A stretch of DNA of 53,289 bases from a virus. Lineage: Duplodnaviria > Caudoviricetes. This document shows, in pieces, positions 15,279-23,563 of this stretch. The position numbers and the translations under genes were made by a program. Where the stretch lies: positions 1 to 53,289 of the IMG/VR virus record IMGVR_UViG_3300030101_004884. One strand, written 5' to 3'. A model generated the notes under the pieces. That model saw only the letters and a program-made list of their open reading frames with translations. It had not been told where the DNA came from and made no database searches. The first letter of the stretch is position 1. Each line of letters begins with the position of its first letter.

Positions 15279-15662
15279 ATGGCAACTCAACAAAGTTTGA
15301 CTTGTATTACGCTTGAAGCAGGCGCAGACCTCTCCAGCGATCAATACAAACTGGTAAAATTAAGTGCTGGCAAAGCAGTTCTCTGTGCAGCCGCAACCGA
15401 CGCCCCAGTTGGCGTTTTACAAAACAAGCCTGGTTCTGGCGAGGCTGCAACTGTTTGTGTTAGCGGAGCAACAAAATTGCTCGCAGGCGCAACCATTAAC
15501 TCTGGCGAACTTGTTGGCACAGATGCATCAGGCACTGCTGACTCCAAGACCCCAGGCACTGACACTGATGAATATGTCGTCGGTACTGCCTTAACTGGCG
15601 CTGCCTCTGGTGAAATTCTCACCGCTTTGATCAACACTGAAGCACCTCACCGTGCCTCATAA
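15279..15662 (+). CDS. capsid cement/decoration protein (DUF2190-like)
   Basis: Ala/Gly-rich; VGVLQNKP..GEAATV motif; lies immediately before the MCP. Confidence 0.8.
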   Translation: MATQQSLTCITLEAGADLSSDQYKLVKLSAGKAVLCAAATDAPVGVLQNKPGSGEAATVCVSGATKLLAGATINSGELVGTDASGTADSKTPGTDTDEYVVGTALTGAASGEILTALINTEAPHRAS

Positions 15663-15679
15663 TTTAAGGAGTACATAAC

Positions 15680-16657
15680 ATGCCTTTACCTACTGCAAGT
15701 GATGTACATGTAAACGCGGCGCTGTCGAATATCAGTATCGCGTACATGCAAGAGGCCGCTGGTTTTGTGGCTGACAAAGTGTTTCCAATCGTTCCTGTTC
15801 AAAGACAGGGTGATCGGTATTTCGTATATAACCGTGGTGACCTGCTTCGTTCTGAAGCTGCTCTTCGCGCACCTGGCACAGAGTCTGCTGGTGGTGGTTT
15901 CCGTTTGGACAACTCCGCTTCATACTTCTGCGACGTTTACGCAATCCACAAGAACATTGACGATCAAGTTCGTGCAAACGCTGACGCTGCTGTCAATGTT
16001 GAAGCCGATGCCGCTCGTTACGTAACTCAACAGTTGATGATGAAGCGTGACCGAGTATGGGCTGACGGATTCTTCAAGACTGGTATCTGGGATATTGATC
16101 TTGACGGTGTTGCTGGCGTTCCTGCTGCTGGTCAGTTCAAGCGTTGGGATGAAACCGATGGCACTCCTATTGATAACATCATGGAACAATCAGAAGCTAT
16201 CATGGAAAAGACTGGCAAGCGTCCAAATACTTTGGTGCTGTCTGCTCCTGTTTACCGTGGTCTTCGTAACAACGAACAAGTTATTGAGCGCATCAAGTAC
16301 ACCCAGCGTGGCATCGTCACGACTGACATCTTGGCCTCACTCTTGGATCTGGATCGAGTTATCGTTGCTTCTGCTACCAACAATACCGCTGCTGAAGGTG
16401 CTGCTGTTTCGACAGAATTCATCTTAGGCAAGAGCGCGTTGTTGACCTACTCCGCTCCAAACCCAAGCTTGTTGACCCCTTCCGGTGGATACATGTTCTC
16501 TTGGAACGGATTGATGGGCGCAGGTCCTGAAGGTAATCGAATCAAGCGTTACCGCATGGAACACCTCGCTGCTGACCGTATTGAAGGCGAAATGTCTTTT
16601 GATGCCAAGTTAGTATCTAGCGAATGTGGCGCTTTCTTTGAAGATGCTGTAAGCTAA
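15680..16657 (+). CDS. major capsid protein
   Basis: 325 aa with strong RBS; LSNISIAY..FVADKVFP.VPV, RAPGT and RPNTLVL motifs; followed by a terminator. Confidence 0.9.
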   Translation: MPLPTASDVHVNAALSNISIAYMQEAAGFVADKVFPIVPVQRQGDRYFVYNRGDLLRSEAALRAPGTESAGGGFRLDNSASYFCDVYAIHKNIDDQVRANADAAVNVEADAARYVTQQLMMKRDRVWADGFFKTGIWDIDLDGVAGVPAAGQFKRWDETDGTPIDNIMEQSEAIMEKTGKRPNTLVLSAPVYRGLRNNEQVIERIKYTQRGIVTTDILASLLDLDRVIVASATNNTAAEGAAVSTEFILGKSALLTYSAPNPSLLTPSGGYMFSWNGLMGAGPEGNRIKRYRMEHLAADRIEGEMSFDAKLVSSECGAFFEDAVS

Positions 16658-16664
16658 TAAAAAC

Positions 16665-16693
16665 ACGGCCCTCGTTCGTGGGGGCCGTCTTCT
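16665..16693 (+). terminator. terminator after the MCP gene
   Basis: ACGGCCC...GGGCCGT stem followed by CTTCT. Confidence 0.6.
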
Positions 16694-16694
16694 A

Positions 16695-17036
16695 ATGGAG
16701 AAGATAATGTATAAAGCTTTAAGAGTTTTAAAAGTCGGTGGTCAGATATTTTACATTGGCGACGTGTTGCCAGAAAACGCTTCTGAAATCATCAATGTTG
16801 ATGCCTTTATTAAAAAGGGCTGGATTGAGCTTATGGCGGTAGACGCTGTTGCCAAAAAACCTGTTGAGAATGTGAGCATAGTTGACGCTATGTCTAAAAA
16901 CCTTTCCAGCAAAAAGGGCAAGAAAAAAGCAAAGACAAAGAAAAAGATTGGTTCGATTTTGGCGTCAAAAAGCAAAGAGAAGCCTGTTGAGACAACCCTT
17001 GAGGCTGCTACTCTACCAAAGCCTGATATGGATTAA
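16695..17036 (+). CDS. hypothetical head-associated protein with Lys-rich tail
   Basis: Position after the MCP; YKALRVLK..G.I.YIGD pattern. Confidence 0.65.
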   Translation: MEKIMYKALRVLKVGGQIFYIGDVLPENASEIINVDAFIKKGWIELMAVDAVAKKPVENVSIVDAMSKNLSSKKGKKKAKTKKKIGSILASKSKEKPVETTLEAATLPKPDMD

Positions 17037-17038
17037 AA

Positions 17039-17464
17039 ATGGCATTCACATATACGTCGGACCCTGAAAACTCTAAACGCGATGCCGTTAGACTTCTTAC
17101 GGGAGACACTATCAGCACTGATGCGCTTTTGCAGGACAGCGAGGTGGATTACTTCCTGTCTCTATACGCCGATTCCCCTTATCCGGCAGCGGCGGCAGCG
17201 TGTGATGCGATCTCGTCGAAGTATGCGCGTCAGGCAGATACAACCAACGGTCGCTTATCAGTTAAGGCGTCTCAGAGATCAGAGGCGTATGCGAAAAAAG
17301 CAAAAGAACTAAGGCGAGACAGCGTGAATGGTGCCGAAGTTTTCTTCGGTGGAATGACAATCTCTGGTAAAAACGATCTTGATGCAGATACCGACGCTGT
17401 TCAACCTGCTTTCAGTATAGGTATGGATGATTACGACTCTCCTGTGACTGACGAGGACTGTTAA
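17039..17464 (+). CDS. head-tail adaptor
   Basis: DAVRLLTGDT...LQDSEVDYFL; synteny. Confidence 0.8.
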   Translation: MAFTYTSDPENSKRDAVRLLTGDTISTDALLQDSEVDYFLSLYADSPYPAAAAACDAISSKYARQADTTNGRLSVKASQRSEAYAKKAKELRRDSVNGAEVFFGGMTISGKNDLDADTDAVQPAFSIGMDDYDSPVTDEDC

Positions 17465-17465
17465 T

Positions 17466-17795
17466 ATGTTGGACCCGCAGCTCGCATCGCAATTCAAGCA
17501 AAAAATGAGCTATGCAGCGCCAACAGGCGTAGGCGTAGATGGCGATCTGTCTTACGGTTCAACTAGAACAATGATTGCTCGCGTTGAGCCTGTTGATCGA
17601 ACTCGTGAGCTTGGTCGCGGAACACGTCTTGACACAACACACCGAATTTACACCGAGACTGAAATCCAGATGGACTTTCGACTTTGGCTTCCTGGCGACA
17701 GCCCCTTGGACCGAACTCTTGCTCGCAGGCCCAAATTCATATTAGAACTGGTTGATGAAAACGGTGATTTAGACCATTACGAAATCGAGGTCTAA
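17466..17795 (+). CDS. head closure protein
   Basis: Synteny; beta-rich 109 aa ending DHYEIEV. Confidence 0.7.
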   Translation: MLDPQLASQFKQKMSYAAPTGVGVDGDLSYGSTRTMIARVEPVDRTRELGRGTRLDTTHRIYTETEIQMDFRLWLPGDSPLDRTLARRPKFILELVDENGDLDHYEIEV

Positions 17796-18266
17796 ATGAT
17801 TAAGTTTGACATCAGTGATTTTGTCGCCAAAACAAACAAGATCGCAGAGAATCTTGAGAAGTCATCAGAGGAAATAACGCACTTTGGGGCAATAGAGGTT
17901 TGGCGCAAGTCCCAACAGATAGTTCCTGTTGACACAAGGCTGTTAAAGTCAACTGGTTACCTCGCAACAAAATCAACAGGAATCCGAGCCACAGTTGAAA
18001 TAGGTTACGGTGGACCCATTGCTGGCTTTGAAGATGATTATGTTTTTTATGCGGCCACACAGGAGAGAAACCGGAAATATTTGGCCAACTCTGTAAGCAA
18101 TGAAATATTTAAAAAAGGGCTGGTTAGCGCAATAAAAACTTTTCTTCGCAAGCCATCGCAAGTGTTTTTTCACCGTCAAGAAAACCCTCCGTATGACTCT
18201 CAAAGCAATAATCGCTCTGAGATTTTGGTTGTAAAAAAGGCCCGTCAAGACGGTAGAGAGGTCTAA
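17796..18266 (+). CDS. HK97 gp10-like neck/tail-completion protein
   Basis: SQQIVPVDTRLLKS motif; synteny. Confidence 0.7.
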   Translation: MIKFDISDFVAKTNKIAENLEKSSEEITHFGAIEVWRKSQQIVPVDTRLLKSTGYLATKSTGIRATVEIGYGGPIAGFEDDYVFYAATQERNRKYLANSVSNEIFKKGLVSAIKTFLRKPSQVFFHRQENPPYDSQSNNRSEILVVKKARQDGREV

Positions 18267-18268
18267 AA

Positions 18269-19015
18269 ATGCCAACCCCTGATTTAGATTTAGCAAACCA
18301 CCTTGAAGCAGAGCTTGTCGGCACTGTTGGCACGGATGTTTTTCGCGGCCCAGTTCGCGCTCCGTCAAGGTACATTCCGCATCGAAGCATCTTCTGCTTC
18401 ACTCAGGGTGGCCCACCACCGATCCCTCTTTTTGGCGCAGACCGCACCGACGTTAGAGAGGCCCGTGTCAGCGTTTACATACGCGGCAACATCGGCACCT
18501 ATACGGCGACTGCAACTTTTGCAAGGATGGTTTATGACGCCGTAGAGAGAGCGCGAATCTCTGGTTACGCATCGGTTTTATCTGATGCATCTGAGCCTTT
18601 ATACATCGGACTTGATCCCACTGAGCATCCCGTCTTTAACCTCGATGTCATGATGATTTACTCAAGCGATGGAACATCTGGCGGTGGTGGTGGCGGATCG
18701 CCGATCTTGCCGCCTGCCCTTGAAACCGTAGACGTTACAAACGCAATGTCTCCATATACGGTTAAGGTTGCTGATAAAATTCTTAGCTGTAAAACATCCA
18801 CTGGTGACATCACCCTTCAGTTGCAGGCCGCGAATTTGGCTGGCGACGGAAAACTGTATATAATAAAAGATGAGGATGGTAACGCAGCGACGAACAACAT
18901 CACTATTTTGCCTGCTGCTGGTGAAACGATAGATGGAGAGTCAGAACTTGTTGTAAGCAATGATGACGGATCTGCTTCTATCTATTCTAATGGTGAGAAC
19001 TTCTTTATTTTCTAG
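18269..19015 (+). CDS. tail terminator fused to a fibre/baseplate-like C-terminal domain
   Basis: N-terminal terminator-like domain, GGGGGG linker, then IIKDEDGNAATNNITI...GETIDG. Confidence 0.65.
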   Translation: MPTPDLDLANHLEAELVGTVGTDVFRGPVRAPSRYIPHRSIFCFTQGGPPPIPLFGADRTDVREARVSVYIRGNIGTYTATATFARMVYDAVERARISGYASVLSDASEPLYIGLDPTEHPVFNLDVMMIYSSDGTSGGGGGGSPILPPALETVDVTNAMSPYTVKVADKILSCKTSTGDITLQLQAANLAGDGKLYIIKDEDGNAATNNITILPAAGETIDGESELVVSNDDGSASIYSNGENFFIF

Positions 19016-19022
19016 GTGAAAA

Positions 19023-19268
19023 ATGTCTTACTTAATTGGAAAATCCATGGCCAAGCCTGTAGATGTACAGAGTGGTGATATTCCCGTATTTGATGATTCA
19101 GGCAACGTACAAAGCCTTTCTCCTACTGAAACCTATGTTGAACAAAAGCCCTCCCCAAACTCGCAAGGGATTAGGGGTCAGAGATATTACGACGGAGTTT
19201 ATATATATGAATGTGTCGCGGAAAACATGTGGCGAAGGTATTATGCGGAGGCAGAGTGGGATGATTGA
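19023..19268 (+). CDS. small structural protein with fibre-tip-like motif
   Basis: P..NSQGIRGQRYYDGVYIYECVAENMWRR. Confidence 0.6.
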   Translation: MSYLIGKSMAKPVDVQSGDIPVFDDSGNVQSLSPTETYVEQKPSPNSQGIRGQRYYDGVYIYECVAENMWRRYYAEAEWDD

Positions 19269-21571
19269 TGACTCAGGCAACGAATAACACCATCCTCGTC
19301 GTCGGCGGTAAAATACTTACTACCGACGATTTTGTTTTTAAGGCGCGTCAAGAGTCTGTTGATGATGTTATTGACGACTTTGGGCCGCCGATCATTAATT
19401 TTATAAGCCCTTCTCTGTTGAAGGAGGGCGAAAGGATAGAAATAATTATGTCTGGAAACAGAAATTACAGCCCATTACAAGCGGCAATATCTGGAGATGG
19501 TGTTACCGTTGATACTGTCACTGTTAACGATAACGGACAAGTTACCATTGTTGCAACAACGGCGGAAGACGCAGTTTTGTCTGGTGACGGCAGCGAGCTT
19601 CGCGACGTAACCATTACGACCCTTGCAGCACCGGATGGCAGCGAGCTTACAGATGCAGATGGAAACATCTTAACTTCTAGCACAACTTTGCCTCAAGCTT
19701 TTCGAGTTTATTATGCGGAACCAAGTCTTAGTGGATCAAATGCCCCCAATTTGACGCAGGGCCAAACCTTAACTATCGCTCTTCAGGGTGATAAGATGTA
19801 TGACAAGTGGGACAACACTCAAGATATGCGTGTTGATCTTGGCGCGGGAATTAATACCGACAGCGTTACCGTTGTCAGTCGAACAAACGCCTCGATTACT
19901 TTAACCGTAGATGCTTTGGCTGGTCGCGGAAACAGGTCCGTGGATGTAACAACTTACTCAGGATCTGCAAGTGAAAACAATGAAAACTTAATTGATCATT
20001 TAGAGATTTTCTATAGTGCGCCCGAAGTAACCCGTATGCATTCCCTGTCGGGCGATGACACAATTGATTCACTCACCGACACCGTTCAGATGGAGGCCGG
20101 AGAAAGCTTTGATCTTCAATTGACAGGCTCAAGACTCGAAGGAATCTCCCAGCCAGGTCGAATTGTTTTTCTTGATGAATCAGATCAGCCCTATACCCAT
20201 ATTGCGGTTTCAAACCAAGCAGAAAACGCTCCAGCGGGAAGCGGTCTTGGTCACACAGCCACATTCACGGCGACAGTGGCTGAAGATGCTCCCGAGGCAA
20301 CGGGATTAAGGGTTCAATTTCAAACTCTCTCAGCAACAGGGACTCACACTGCTGATTTTATACCAGGAGAAGCTGGTCTTGAAGTCGTACCAGCAGACCC
20401 AACCATTTCGTCTTTTTCAATATCTTTGCGACCAGGACTTGTCGGCCAGGATGATAGGGTTATCGAGATTGATGATGCTGCGCGTGAGTGCGTTATCACT
20501 GGAAAGAATATCCGTGCAGGATACTCTCTAAAGGTAATGAAGGATGAGTCTGGAAATATCACTGATGCGACGAGTGAGTTTGAGATAACCAACGAAGTAT
20601 TAATCGATAATCTGGCGAATGCAGATGACACACTTACTTTTAATATCAGAGCTGATGGCGCAAGTGAGACAGATGCTGCTGGGCAGTTAGCTTACTTCTT
20701 TAAAATTGAAACCGCTTCTGGGTCTTCGGACAGCAGCCCAAATAAGAGCAAGAATCAGCTTGTTGTTCTTCCTGGCGACCTTGCCCTGGTAGAAAACCAC
20801 AACACCTTCAACCATGCTTCTGTTCGTAAATCTGGTGAAACTGGAACAACCCCAGTGTCTTTTTCCATCTTCGGAGCAAATATTTACAATACAGTTGCGG
20901 ATGATCCGAGCGCATTAGCCGATTTTGACAATGCTGGATACGTAGGTGATCTTGGCGTGCTTCCAGATGGCGCTGGCAACGGACAAATTAAGGTTAGCAT
21001 TAATAGCGCAGCCTTTTCTGAAGTAAAATGTGTTGCTCAGGACAAAAACAGGGCTGTTTTCTCCGCAGTCATGGACAATGAAGCTGTTGCGGAAGGACTG
21101 AAAGATGTTACGCTTACCACCAGATCTAGTCAGTTTTCAATATCGGGCATCCTAGACGTTCTCCCTCCGGCTCCAACAGTGTCCTCAATTGATCCGAACG
21201 AGCAAGAAGAAGGAACCCAGAAAACACTCATCATCAGTGGGGCTGACTTCTTCCCTCTTGGCGCGGGTCTTGCTGGGGCTTCTTATAATGAAGAGGCCAC
21301 CGAAGAACTTGTGGATCTAGCAAACGACCTTCTTAAGGAGTCACTAGAAGTGATGGGCACAATACCTTCGGACCCAAGCAATCCGACCATAGAAGAATTT
21401 GAACAGATGATAGCAGTGATGGAGCAAGGAAAAGCAGACCTTCTTCTTAGTGTCAATGAATTGATTGGAGCTGGCGCTAATCCTGCCACAGCGGATGAAT
21501 TCATTGCGGAGTTTGAAAAAATAATGGATGAGCTTAAAAAAGAAAAGGTCCAATTAGAAAACAACTCATAA
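19265..21571 (+). CDS. large Ig-like (IPT/TIG-type) repeat virion protein
   Basis: Repeated P.I/V.S..P...G......I.G..F strands; acidic, Thr-rich composition. Confidence 0.75.
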   Translation: MMTQATNNTILVVGGKILTTDDFVFKARQESVDDVIDDFGPPIINFISPSLLKEGERIEIIMSGNRNYSPLQAAISGDGVTVDTVTVNDNGQVTIVATTAEDAVLSGDGSELRDVTITTLAAPDGSELTDADGNILTSSTTLPQAFRVYYAEPSLSGSNAPNLTQGQTLTIALQGDKMYDKWDNTQDMRVDLGAGINTDSVTVVSRTNASITLTVDALAGRGNRSVDVTTYSGSASENNENLIDHLEIFYSAPEVTRMHSLSGDDTIDSLTDTVQMEAGESFDLQLTGSRLEGISQPGRIVFLDESDQPYTHIAVSNQAENAPAGSGLGHTATFTATVAEDAPEATGLRVQFQTLSATGTHTADFIPGEAGLEVVPADPTISSFSISLRPGLVGQDDRVIEIDDAARECVITGKNIRAGYSLKVMKDESGNITDATSEFEITNEVLIDNLANADDTLTFNIRADGASETDAAGQLAYFFKIETASGSSDSSPNKSKNQLVVLPGDLALVENHNTFNHASVRKSGETGTTPVSFSIFGANIYNTVADDPSALADFDNAGYVGDLGVLPDGAGNGQIKVSINSAAFSEVKCVAQDKNRAVFSAVMDNEAVAEGLKDVTLTTRSSQFSISGILDVLPPAPTVSSIDPNEQEEGTQKTLIISGADFFPLGAGLAGASYNEEATEELVDLANDLLKESLEVMGTIPSDPSNPTIEEFEQMIAVMEQGKADLLLSVNELIGAGANPATADEFIAEFEKIMDELKKEKVQLENNS

Positions 21572-21601
21572 TCGATTCTTATCGTTTATTCTCGCAAGCG
21601 T

Positions 21602-21618
21602 CCCTTCTTCGGAAGGGG
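21602..21618 (+). terminator. hairpin with C(UUCG)G tetraloop
   Basis: CCCTTC-TTCG-GAAGGG; lacks a strong U tract, so it may be a processing or stability hairpin. Confidence 0.45.
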
Positions 21619-21630
21619 CCTTGCCCTTAT

Positions 21631-21700
21631 GAAGAGGTTGGGATATACAGGTTTCCTCCCCTTTCCTGTAGCGCGGTTCGACTCCGCGCCCTTTTCTCCC
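21631..21700 (+). ncRNA. tRNA-like RNA lacking a D-arm, with a CCUCC-containing loop
   Basis: Acceptor-like GAAGAGG/CCTTTTC; stem TACAGG/CCTGTA with loop TTTCCTCCCCTTT; T-arm GCGCGG-TTCGACT-CCGCGC. Confidence 0.55.
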
Positions 21701-21806
21701 TTTTGGGATCTATAAATATGGGTGTTTTTAGCAGATCTATTTGTTATTTTGCTCTTTGATCTGTTAATTTACAGCCTGAAACAATGTCTATTTGGAGGAC
21801 ACTAAT

Positions 21807-22265
21807 ATGGCTTTAGCAGCACATGAGATTATTTTACGGATCGACAATTCCGCTTTTACCACCTACAGCAGCGCGACCACTACTCCTGACGGAGCCGAGA
21901 TTACTGGCGCAAAAGACCTCACCCTGAGCAACAGTGCCGACATTCTCGACACCACGGCTTTCTCTGACGGTTCTTTCCGCACTAAGCTTTCAGGACTTAA
22001 AGACGCATCCATGTCTTTCAGTGCCAACTTTGAGACTGGCAGCACAAACGGAACTGTTGCAGATCTTTTTGACGCCCTTGCCAACGCAACAACAAAGCAT
22101 TTCTTTATGGGCCTAAGCGGCGCAGACGCAGGCGCTGGAAACAACGCAGGATTCAGAGCCGAAGGCATTATCGAGTCTGTAGAGATTTCCGGTTCGGTTG
22201 ACGGACTTGTGGAGGCTTCGGTTTCAGTACAGCTTACGGGCGCACCAACATTTCTCGACACATAG
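21807..22265 (+). CDS. tail tube protein 1
   Basis: GGAGG RBS; LDTT...FRTKLSGLKDAS and GSVDGLVE motifs of TP901-1-like tube proteins. Confidence 0.85.
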   Translation: MALAAHEIILRIDNSAFTTYSSATTTPDGAEITGAKDLTLSNSADILDTTAFSDGSFRTKLSGLKDASMSFSANFETGSTNGTVADLFDALANATTKHFFMGLSGADAGAGNNAGFRAEGIIESVEISGSVDGLVEASVSVQLTGAPTFLDT

Positions 22266-22274
22266 GAGGTCAAT

Positions 22275-22982
22275 ATGACCGCCATTGCTGCACATTTATG
22301 CCGTCTTTATATGACGGGCACATCTTCCAATGCAACATCTGGGGCTTTGAACGATTTAGGCGGTGGAACCTCCTGGCAGATACCGAAATCGGGAAATCGG
22401 CAGATCTTAGATCCGTCAACTGCTCAGGTGTTTGAAAACGGCACATCCACCGTCACTCCCGCCACCATCGACCATCTTTTTGGGATCGTAAACACGCCTG
22501 GAGCTGGTGAACCTGCCTTGAATATTCAGGACATCAACTACCTCCCCAAGTATGAAGTCGGGACGGTTACGGATTTCTCCATCAGCGTGTCCTCCGACAT
22601 CCTGGATTGCTCAACTATTGATGGTGAAGTTTTTAGGAATTATAAAAACGGACTGGTTGATCTTAGCGGCTCGTTGACGTTGCTTGAAACCCCTAATCAG
22701 GACTATGATACGACTCTCCCAGCATCAACCGATCCTCTCCCAGGCGAAATCAAGCTTTTTGACTTGCTATCGGACGGTACGCCGAAGGTACTTGAGATTA
22801 AGTTTGATCCCACCTCAAATCAGGTTTTCAGGGCTTTTATTGTTATTGAGAGCTATGAAAACACAGGCTCGGTTGACGGCCTTGTAGAAACCAGTATATC
22901 ATTCCAAGGCGCACCTCAGAGTGCGACAGAAACTGGAACATCTACTGGCTCCGCATACTCATTTGGAGACATCGGAAGCTGA
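22275..22982 (+). CDS. tail tube protein 2 (paralog with N-terminal extension)
   Basis: SDILDCST..FRNYKNGLVDLSGS and GSVDGLVE shared with tube protein 1. Confidence 0.75.
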   Translation: MTAIAAHLCRLYMTGTSSNATSGALNDLGGGTSWQIPKSGNRQILDPSTAQVFENGTSTVTPATIDHLFGIVNTPGAGEPALNIQDINYLPKYEVGTVTDFSISVSSDILDCSTIDGEVFRNYKNGLVDLSGSLTLLETPNQDYDTTLPASTDPLPGEIKLFDLLSDGTPKVLEIKFDPTSNQVFRAFIVIESYENTGSVDGLVETSISFQGAPQSATETGTSTGSAYSFGDIGS

Positions 22983-22994
22983 TAAGGGGACAAT

Positions 22995-23357
22995 ATGTCA
23001 GAAAACATCCGTAATTTAATCCGTACAGCAACTTTAGGGACTGGTGCCGACAGAGCATCCACAATCATGCCTATTAATGGGCAGGACGTAGAAGTTCGGC
23101 AGCCCACCGTAGGCCAGCGCAGCAAGATTTTGACTGCAGCAGGTGGTGGCACCACAGGCGAAATCAAGGACTTCTCTAAGCTCCAGATTGCTGCCATTAT
23201 GCACTGCTGCTACGTGCCGAATACGGAAGAACACATTTTTGAGAAGGCTGATGAAGCCACGCTTATGAACATGCCGTCCGGTGGATGGGTTGATGAGCTT
23301 GCGGCAGAGGCCGTTCGGTTGATGAATACCGAAGCGGAGCAAGACGCAAAAAACTAA
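22995..23357 (+). CDS. tail assembly chaperone (gpG-like)
   Basis: Lies between the tube and tape measure genes; ends in slippery A AAA AAC TAA. Confidence 0.85.
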   Translation: MSENIRNLIRTATLGTGADRASTIMPINGQDVEVRQPTVGQRSKILTAAGGGTTGEIKDFSKLQIAAIMHCCYVPNTEEHIFEKADEATLMNMPSGGWVDELAAEAVRLMNTEAEQDAKN

Positions 23358-23563
23358 AGAAAGACGGCGAACGCCAGTTTCTGTTCTTCTTAGCAGAGAC
23401 ACTAGGTTACACCGTCAACGATTTGGCCGAGCGTCTGTCCGTTTCAGAATTTTTGGAGTGGCACGAATACTTCAAAATAAAGAACGAGGCGGAAAAGAAG
23501 GCCATGGATAAAGCAAAAGCTAGAAACAATACACGCTCTCCTCGTTCCTTTAGGAGGCGTTAA
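23348..23563 (+). CDS. -1 frameshift extension of the tail chaperone (gpGT-like)
   Basis: The -1 frame reads LKKDGERQFLFFLAETLGYTVNDLAERLSVSEFLEWHEYF...; its TAA overlaps the tape measure ATG. Confidence 0.85.
   Translation, partial: KKLKKDGERQFLFFLAETLGYTVNDLAERLSVSEFLEWHEYFKIKNEAEKKAMDKAKARNNTRSPRSFRRR

Noticed and set aside
21631-21700. Canonical tRNA gene
   Set aside because: No D-arm, a 13-nt loop instead of a 7-nt anticodon loop, and no encoded CCA; kept as a tRNA-like candidate only.
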